42,307 nucleotides of DNA from a virus (taxonomy: Duplodnaviria > Heunggongvirae > Uroviricota > Caudoviricetes). The DNA lies in IMG/VR virus record IMGVR_UViG_2541047692_000013. One strand, given 5' to 3'. Below are positions 36,563-42,307 of the stretch, piece by piece; the stretch's first letter is position 1; each line of letters begins with the position of its first letter. The position numbers and the translations under genes are program-made. Under the pieces are notes generated by a model that ran no database searches, was not told where the DNA came from, and saw only the letters and a program-made list of their open reading frames with translations.

Positions 36563-37147
36563 ATGAAAAGTATCCAGGACGTCCGCAGGCAAAATCTCAA
36601 CGACTTGATCGACCGTGAATTCAATGGTGTTCAGACGCGGATGGCAGAAAAACTTGGAACTCAGGCAAATCTGGTAAACCGCTGGGCTCTTGGCAAGAAG
36701 GTTATCGGCGACCAGGTTGCGCGAAAAATTGAAGCTGCCGCCAATAAACCACGTAACTGGCTTGATATCGATCGCTCGCTTTCTCAGGAAGGTTTTCAGC
36801 CTGTCGGCCCAAGCGACATTGGTCAGCTGGCGGCTCACAACCTGGAACGCTGGATGAGCGAAAGCCGCGACCTTTCAACTCAGGGAAAACTTCACCGCGC
36901 ATCCGGCGTCGCCCAGGTGACAATCAGCCGCCTGTTAAACAATGAGGTCAGTGTTTCCATTTCCACCCTGGAGAATGTTGCATCAGCATTCGGGCGTCAC
37001 GGCTATGAATTACTGATTCACCCGCACGACCCTGCGACCATCAACTATGACCGCTCGCGCTACGCATTGTTACCCGAAACCGAGAAAGCAAAGATCGAAA
37101 GTTACATTGAATTTGTCATCAACCAGAACGAAAAAAACAAACAATAA
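36563..37147 (+). CDS. CI-like repressor with two tandem HTH (XRE-type) domains and no peptidase/autocleavage domain
   Basis: 194 aa; HTH-like segments at about residues 20-45 (VQTRMAEKLGTQANLVNRW) and 110-140 (ASGVAQVTISRLLNNEVSVSISTLENVASAF); no Ala-Gly/Ser-Lys LexA-type cleavage module seen. Confidence 0.55.
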   Translation: MKSIQDVRRQNLNDLIDREFNGVQTRMAEKLGTQANLVNRWALGKKVIGDQVARKIEAAANKPRNWLDIDRSLSQEGFQPVGPSDIGQLAAHNLERWMSESRDLSTQGKLHRASGVAQVTISRLLNNEVSVSISTLENVASAFGRHGYELLIHPHDPATINYDRSRYALLPETEKAKIESYIEFVINQNEKNKQ

Positions 37148-37169
37148 AATCATATTTTTCAGTAAGTAA

Positions 37170-37192
37170 GCCGCCTTCTGGCGGCTTTTTTA
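37170..37192 (+). terminator. intrinsic terminator after the CI-like gene
   Basis: Stem gccgcc/ggcggc with loop ttct followed by TTTTTT. Confidence 0.7.
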
Positions 37193-37203
37193 TTGCCTAT
37201 ACT

Positions 37204-37283
37204 ATTACCTAATGGGTAATTTTTTTTAACTCATATCTATTGACATCAAACCAAATACGCATAATTATTACCTCAACGGTAAC
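37204..37283 (+). promoter_or_regulatory. rightward early promoter (TTGACA at 37240-37245) flanked by two perfect operators
   Basis: Operators TTACCtaatgGGTAA (37205-37219) and TTACCtcaacGGTAA (37268-37282); the second overlaps the -10/+1 region; followed by SD gagg and ATG 37302. Confidence 0.55.
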
Positions 37284-37301
37284 AGACCGAGGTAACAAGT
37301 T

Positions 37302-37454
37302 ATGCAGTGGAAAATCATCAACGGTTGGTACTGCGTTACTGCATGCGGATTCATGAGCTGGAAGTTCCGCACCTTACAGGAAGGCATTAAGTGGGCTTTC
37401 GTCAGCAAAGAAGCTCGCGATGTGGCCAACGATAACGAGATATGGGAGGGCTGA
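37302..37454 (+). CDS. small protein (50 aa), first gene of the rightward early operon; not in ORF track
   Basis: ATG 37302 with SD GAGG 9 nt upstream; translation MQWKIINGWYCVTACGFMSWKFRTLQEGIKWAFVSKEARDVANDNEIWEG; stop TGA 37452-37454. Confidence 0.4.
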   Translation: MQWKIINGWYCVTACGFMSWKFRTLQEGIKWAFVSKEARDVANDNEIWEG

Positions 37455-37456
37455 TA

Positions 37457-37756
37457 ATGAACGTTAATCAGCAGAAAAATCTTCAAAAAATCATGCTGGC
37501 ATTCGACAAGGACTACCGCCTGTCAGAACAGCTATATGACCGACAAGTTGAACTGATCGAGAGCATCCGGCTTCATCAACTGGCCTCAACTTTCGACGCT
37601 GTAACAGGTAAAGGCGTTCGCCAGGAAGTACTGGAGGCCGCTAAAGACAGTCCAGAGTTCGAAGAACTGATGGATTCCTACCGGCGAGAGGCAATGGCAA
37701 TTATCGCCCGCTGGGATCTGGCTGATCAGCTTGATGGGCAGAGGGACGCGGCATGA
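37457..37756 (+). CDS. hypothetical early protein
   Basis: Start reassigned to ATG 37457 (MNVNQQKNL...) with SD gggaggg 7 nt upstream; 99 aa; 4-nt overlap with the exonuclease gene. Confidence 0.5.
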   Translation: MNVNQQKNLQKIMLAFDKDYRLSEQLYDRQVELIESIRLHQLASTFDAVTGKGVRQEVLEAAKDSPEFEELMDSYRREAMAIIARWDLADQLDGQRDAA

Positions 37757-38574
37757 AACCGGGAATTTATTTCGACATCAGCAACGAAGACTACCACGCC
37801 GGTGACGGCGTGAGTAAGTCGCAACTGGACATGGTTGCCAAGAATCCGGCGCTTCTTAAATGGGTTCAGGCAGCACCAGAAGACGAAGAGAAAAAGTCTG
37901 CACTGGATATGGGAACCGCATTGCACTGTCTGCTTCTGGAGCCTGGAGAGTTCGACAAACGCTTCATTGTTTCACCGAAATTCGAACGTCGGACGAAACA
38001 AGGTAAAGCTGACGAAGAGGCATTTCTTCGTGATATTGCGGATATGGGGATTTCGGTACTTGATGCAGAGCAGTGGCGGAAACTGGAGCTGATGCGTGAT
38101 AGCGCAATGGCTCACCCGGCGGCACGCTGGATGTTGGAAGCACCTGGTTACTGCGAAGCATCAATGTACTGGAACGATGAAGAGACGGGGGAGTTGTGCC
38201 GAATTCGTCCAGACAAATGGCTGAACGAGCACAACGTGATCGTCGACGTGAAAAAGGTTGCAGATATGGACCGTTTTGCACGCCACATCGAGGAATTCCG
38301 CTACCACGTGCAGGACGCAATGTACCGCGAAGGCGCAATGAGGGTTACTGGTCAGCCGCATGGTTTTTTCTTTCTTGCCGTGAACGAAAGCATTGATTGT
38401 GGTCGGTATCCGGTACGCGTGTTCGAGCTGGATGCGCAGGATGTCGATGCCGGGCACGCTCTGTTCCGCCGGGATCTGAATACCTATCACGAATGCCGCA
38501 TCAATGATGAATGGGGCGGTGTGGAAATCATTAAACGCCCTGAGTGGGCACGCAAACAGGATATGTACATATGA
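37753..38574 (+). CDS. PD-(D/E)XK-family exonuclease (exonuclease VIII-like recombination nuclease)
   Basis: Motifs RIRPD ... VIVDVKK ... YHVQDAMY consistent with PD-(D/E)XK / RecB-like active site; directly upstream of the annealing-protein gene. Confidence 0.65.
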   Translation: MKPGIYFDISNEDYHAGDGVSKSQLDMVAKNPALLKWVQAAPEDEEKKSALDMGTALHCLLLEPGEFDKRFIVSPKFERRTKQGKADEEAFLRDIADMGISVLDAEQWRKLELMRDSAMAHPAARWMLEAPGYCEASMYWNDEETGELCRIRPDKWLNEHNVIVDVKKVADMDRFARHIEEFRYHVQDAMYREGAMRVTGQPHGFFFLAVNESIDCGRYPVRVFELDAQDVDAGHALFRRDLNTYHECRINDEWGGVEIIKRPEWARKQDMYI

Positions 38575-39512
38575 GCAACGACATCGCAAACATCAACGCA
38601 CCAGTAGACACAGCAATCGCTGGAACTGCTGCAACTATTTTCAGCCCAGACGGCTTGAACCAACTGATGAAATTCGCCGAGGTAATGGCGCAAAGCCGCG
38701 TAACGGTACCGGCGCACCTCGCCGGGAAACCAGCTGATTGCATGGCCGTGGCAATGCAGGCTGCGCAGTGGGGAATGAACCCGTTTGCCGTGGCTCAGAA
38801 AACCCATGTTGTGAACGGCACGCTAGGTTATGAAGCCCAATTAGTAAACGCAGTTATCTCAACGATGTCGCCAACAAAAGATCGCATCAACTACGAGTGG
38901 TTCGGGCCGTGGGAACGCGTGATCGGTAAGTTTGTTGAGAAAACATCCAAAAACGGCAATCCATATATCGCACCAGGCTGGACTCTAAAAGACGAAGAAG
39001 GCTGCGGTGTTCGCGTATGGGCAACCATGAAGGGCGAGGATCAACCTCGAGTGCTTGAGTTAATGCTGTCTCAAGCACAGGTAAGAAACTCCACACTTTG
39101 GGCCAGTGATCCGAAACAACAACTCGCATACCTTGCGACAAAACGCTGGTCTCGCTTGCACTGTCCTGACGTAATCATGGGCGTCTACACCCCTGACGAA
39201 TTACAGGAAACGGCACCGCGCGTTGAGCGAGACATTACTCCGCAAACGACCACTGCTGCGGGAATGAACAGTCTGATCAACGCTAAACCAGTGAAAAAGC
39301 CTGATGAGCAAACGCGTAAAGCGGATAGCCGTGATCCAGAAGAAATGCTGATGGCCTTTACCAGCGCAGCGATGAATTACAGCACTGTCTCCGAACTGGA
39401 TAAGGCTTACAAATACATTGAACAGAAACTTTCAGATGATGACGAACTGCTGGCAAAAGCCACCGACGTTTACAGCGTTCGTCGGGAAGAATTAAACGAA
39501 ACATCTATGTAA
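38571..39512 (+). CDS. single-strand annealing protein (Bet/RecT family)
   Basis: Start ATG 38571 overlapping exonuclease stop; segment ETAPRVERDITPQTT resembles lambda Bet (ERQPERDITPVND). Confidence 0.65.
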   Translation: MSNDIANINAPVDTAIAGTAATIFSPDGLNQLMKFAEVMAQSRVTVPAHLAGKPADCMAVAMQAAQWGMNPFAVAQKTHVVNGTLGYEAQLVNAVISTMSPTKDRINYEWFGPWERVIGKFVEKTSKNGNPYIAPGWTLKDEEGCGVRVWATMKGEDQPRVLELMLSQAQVRNSTLWASDPKQQLAYLATKRWSRLHCPDVIMGVYTPDELQETAPRVERDITPQTTTAAGMNSLINAKPVKKPDEQTRKADSRDPEEMLMAFTSAAMNYSTVSELDKAYKYIEQKLSDDDELLAKATDVYSVRREELNETSM

Positions 39513-39561
39513 CCACCACCGCGGCGCCACGCGCGCCGCACTGCAACCAAGAGAGGTATTT

Positions 39562-39810
39562 ATGAAAGGTGCATTAGGTAAGAAGGAACTCCTGGCGGTG
39601 GTGCCACTGTCATGGAGCACTATCGACCGTATGGAGCGCGCAGGGGAATTTCCTAAACGCTGGTATATCACTGACAAACGCTGCGCATGGAACCGTGACG
39701 AAGTTGAGCGTTGGCTTGATGAACGTCAGGCAGCAAGCCAGGCAGAGTTCCAGGGTAAAAAGCCTCCTGTTCAGCAACGTGTATATCGTCCTGTGAGCAA
39801 CGCTGCATGA
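39562..39810 (+). CDS. AlpA-family HTH protein (putative excisionase / transcriptional regulator)
   Basis: 82 aa; pattern ELLAVVPLSWSTIDRMERAGEFPKR...AWNRDEVERWL matches the AlpA/Xis-like fold; SD gagagg. Confidence 0.6.
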   Translation: MKGALGKKELLAVVPLSWSTIDRMERAGEFPKRWYITDKRCAWNRDEVERWLDERQAASQAEFQGKKPPVQQRVYRPVSNAA

Positions 39811-39919
39811 GTGCGCTGCTAAGGCACTGGAGCAAATGGTCAGGATGGTACTTATTCCTGGCCTCTGTTTCAGCATGGCTTTATCTGCTGGCATTAATTT
39901 TCAGAGAGGGTTGGATTAA

Positions 39920-40219
39920 GTGAGAAAGTTAAGCCGACTTGAAAAATATCACATGAACAAGGTTTCAATGCGCCGTCCTTCAAAGGTTATCGCCGTTACT
40001 CCTGCGGCGATAGAGTTCGAAAAACGCGCGATTGAAAGAGAGAAAAAAGGGCAGTTCCGCATTGCCGCCCACCTTTGGCTTCAGTGTATGGATGTTGCTT
40101 CTGGTGATGTTGAGCGTGCAAGGATCGCGGTTCGCAGGGACCAATGTATCACAAAAGGTAACGGCCTTCGCCGTGGAGACTATAGCGGTATAGGATGTTG
40201 CGGGGTGGTTTATGACTAA
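39920..40219 (+). CDS. hypothetical protein, possibly PerC-family regulator
   Basis: 99 aa; segment REKKGQFRIAAHLWLQCMDVASGDVERARIAVRRDQC resembles PerC-like proteins; GTG start at 39920 or ATG at 39953. Confidence 0.35.
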   Translation: MRKLSRLEKYHMNKVSMRRPSKVIAVTPAAIEFEKRAIEREKKGQFRIAAHLWLQCMDVASGDVERARIAVRRDQCITKGNGLRRGDYSGIGCCGVVYD

Positions 40220-40862
40220 GAAATACACGCTAATCTATGCAGATCCACCATGGGTATACCGGGACAAAGCCGCAGATGGTAATCGCGGTGCCGGTTTTAA
40301 ATATCCAGTTATGAGTGTGCTGGATATCTGCCGCCTTCCTGTGTGGGATTTGGCCGCTGAAAACTGTCTGTTGGCCATGTGGTGGGTGCCAACACAACCA
40401 CTCGAAGCACTAAAAGTTGTTGAAGCCTGGGGATTTCGTCTTATGACCATGAAGGGCTTCACGTGGATAAAATGTGGTAGTCGACAACCAGATAAACTGG
40501 TTATGGGTATGGGACACATGACTCGCGCCAATAGTGAAGATTGCCTGTTTGCGGTAAAGGGAAAACTACCTCCGCGCATTAATGCAGGGATCGTTCAGTC
40601 ATTTACCGCACCGCGGCTTGAGCACTCAAGAAAACCAGATGTCGTTCGTGAAAAACTTGTGCAATTGTTAGGCGATGTTTCTCGCATTGAACTGTTCGCC
40701 CGCCAGTCGTCTCATGGCTTCGATGTTTGGGGTAATCAGTGCGAAGACTCGGCAGTGCAACTACACCCTGGATACGCGTTGGATATTGGCGGATTAACAA
40801 ATGCATTCAGCAATTCTCCGCTGTCACCAACAGACAACCAGGGGCGGGAGCGTGCTGCATGA
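40212..40862 (+). CDS. MT-A70-family DNA N6-adenine methyltransferase
   Basis: Catalytic DPPW motif (LIYADPPWVY); 216 aa. Confidence 0.8.
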   Translation: MTKKYTLIYADPPWVYRDKAADGNRGAGFKYPVMSVLDICRLPVWDLAAENCLLAMWWVPTQPLEALKVVEAWGFRLMTMKGFTWIKCGSRQPDKLVMGMGHMTRANSEDCLFAVKGKLPPRINAGIVQSFTAPRLEHSRKPDVVREKLVQLLGDVSRIELFARQSSHGFDVWGNQCEDSAVQLHPGYALDIGGLTNAFSNSPLSPTDNQGRERAA

Positions 40863-41053
40863 ACATGGCATCACCAGCAGATTTAAGAAAATGCCTTGAA
40901 ACTGCAAACATGCTTGCACACAGCGGGATCAGGTTTGTTCCAATTCCCGCTGTCACTGATGCTGAATTTGCAACACTGTCAGCAATATTCGAAAACAAAA
41001 TTGAATCACTGGCAGCAGAAGCAGAGATGGAAGAAAATCAGCAGAACTATTAA
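40859..41053 (+). CDS. small hypothetical protein
   Basis: 64 aa; ATG overlaps methyltransferase stop (ATGA); converges on the integrase stop. Confidence 0.4.
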   Translation: MNMASPADLRKCLETANMLAHSGIRFVPIPAVTDAEFATLSAIFENKIESLAAEAEMEENQQNY

Positions 41054-41056
41054 ACG

Positions 41057-42307
41057 TTATTCCCCCGCCATCCACTTCTCAAACTTCGACGGGGAGAACG
41101 GAATCAGATCCGTATGCTCCCCGTTAATCCAGGAATCAATCATATCGGCCCACTGCTGCAACATGTAGGCGCGCTGTCTGGCGTATTCCGCTTTGTTATA
41201 TACGGCGCGCACACCTTTCTGCTCATGTGCCAGAGCCTTTTCAATCCAGTCTGAAGGATAACCAGCCTCATGCAACAACGTACTGGCTGTACGGCGCATA
41301 TCGTGTACGGTGAAGCCCTGAATATGCTCACCATCTTCATTTATTATTTTCACCGTTCTGTCGATCAGAGAGTTCAGCGCGGCATTAGATAATGGCTTCC
41401 GGAAATTGTAACGACCAGGAACCAGATATTCACTTCCACCAGCGCACATCTGCAACCCAACCAATATATCCTGTGCCTGTTTAGGCAGGTAAATAACGTG
41501 CGCCCGGCTTCCCTTCATGCGGTCTGAAGGAATTGTCCATGTCCATTTTTTAAAATCTATTTCATCCCACGTTGCATTGGTGAATTCGCCTTTACGAACC
41601 ATAGTGATAAGCACCAGCTTTAAAGCCATTTTCATAGTGCCCATAGCACCAATGGCATCCAGCGTGCGGAAGAACAGACCAATTTCTTCTGGTGTCAGTG
41701 TTCGCTCTCGTGGTTTAAATATGGCGATAGACGAAGGTTTAATGTCAGCCGCAGGATTAAACAAACCATGACCACGGTCATTGGCATGACGGTATACGCT
41801 GCTGATGATCTCCCTGGCCTGCACTGCTGTTGCCCGGCCGCCGCGTTCGACAATCCGGTCACACAAATCACGAACCATCGATGTGGTAATTTCAGTCATC
41901 ATTTTGTTGCCAAGAACCGGAAGTATGTCACGGTCGATCACCACCTGCTTCATTGCGCGGGTACTGTCAGCTAGGATGACATGTTTCATATAACTGTCGG
42001 TATGTACCGCAAACGTCTCGGCACCACGAATCTTTTTGATACCGTCACGTTTAGCCGCAGCCGGTGACTGGCCTGCTTTAAGCAGCTTCTTTGCAGCAAT
42101 CAGTTCTTCTCGCGCTTCTGCCAGGCTGATACCGTCACGCCCATACTGCCCGATTACCAGTGTTTCGCGGCGACCGTTGATACGGTAGTCATAGCGAAAC
42201 GAGACCGTGCCTGACGTAAGCACAGCTACATACAGCCCGTCACGATCGGAGACCTTGTACAGTTTGTCCTGCGGCTTGAGGTTTTTTAATTTTGTATCGG
42301 TAAGCAC
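41057..42307 (-). CDS. int: tyrosine integrase, P4-type
   Basis: 416 aa; N-terminal MLTDTKLKNLKP...YKVSD...GLY motif of P4-like integrases; C-terminal catalytic region with HDMRRT and terminal Tyr region; start codon at the window edge. Confidence 0.85.
   Translation of the reverse strand: MLTDTKLKNLKPQDKLYKVSDRDGLYVAVLTSGTVSFRYDYRINGRRETLVIGQYGRDGISLAEAREELIAAKKLLKAGQSPAAAKRDGIKKIRGAETFAVHTDSYMKHVILADSTRAMKQVVIDRDILPVLGNKMMTEITTSMVRDLCDRIVERGGRATAVQAREIISSVYRHANDRGHGLFNPAADIKPSSIAIFKPRERTLTPEEIGLFFRTLDAIGAMGTMKMALKLVLITMVRKGEFTNATWDEIDFKKWTWTIPSDRMKGSRAHVIYLPKQAQDILVGLQMCAGGSEYLVPGRYNFRKPLSNAALNSLIDRTVKIINEDGEHIQGFTVHDMRRTASTLLHEAGYPSDWIEKALAHEQKGVRAVYNKAEYARQRAYMLQQWADMIDSWINGEHTDLIPFSPSKFEKWMAGE

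Larger units (their letters stand above)
1141..42307. mobile_element. prophage, temperate podovirus-like (epsilon15-like virion module with lambdoid early region); right end beyond window, left end approximate
   Basis: Contiguous phage modules: lysis, tailspike, T7-like virion genes, terminase, replication O/P-like, immunity, recombination, excisionase, integrase. Left boundary placed between terminator (1141) and Rz stop (1290); no att repeat could be identified inside the window. Confidence 0.7.

Overview
The window is almost entirely one integrated temperate phage (about 1.14 kb to the right edge; the integrase start codon sits on the last bases, so the right attachment site lies outside the window). 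Positions 1-1071 carry two probable host genes (a glycine-zipper lipoprotein and a charged secreted protein) ending in an intrinsic terminator. The prophage is a mosaic: a T7/epsilon15-like podovirus virion module on the minus strand (terminase small and large subunits, T7-type portal, scaffold, major capsid, tail tubular proteins, internal virion/ejection proteins, a separate tailspike) joined to lambdoid early functions (Cro-like/CI-like switch, lambda P-like helicase loader with an O-like initiator, PD-(D/E)XK exonuclease plus Bet-like annealing protein, AlpA-type excisionase, MT-A70 methyltransferase, P4-type integrase). A lysis cassette (two holin-like proteins, GH19 endolysin, embedded Rz/Rz1 spanins) sits at the left end next to an AT-rich O-antigen acetyltransferase that converges on the tailspike. 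A tRNA-Arg(UCU) module on the opposite strand splits the late operon between terminase and portal. The most interesting signals are regulatory: a 15-bp palindrome TTACC-N5-GGTAA occurs 16 times (10 perfect) at essentially every transcription-unit boundary; the CI-like repressor has two HTH domains and no autocleavage domain; a near-consensus LexA box sits in front of a stand-alone copy of the antirepressor C-terminal domain; a terminated ORF-free transcript upstream of the full antirepressor is complementary to its leader; and a perfect 12-bp palindrome GTGACATGTCAC occurs three times, each beside a terminator. All protein calls rest on motif recognition from the translations, not on database searches. 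No CRISPR array, rRNA or IS element was seen.
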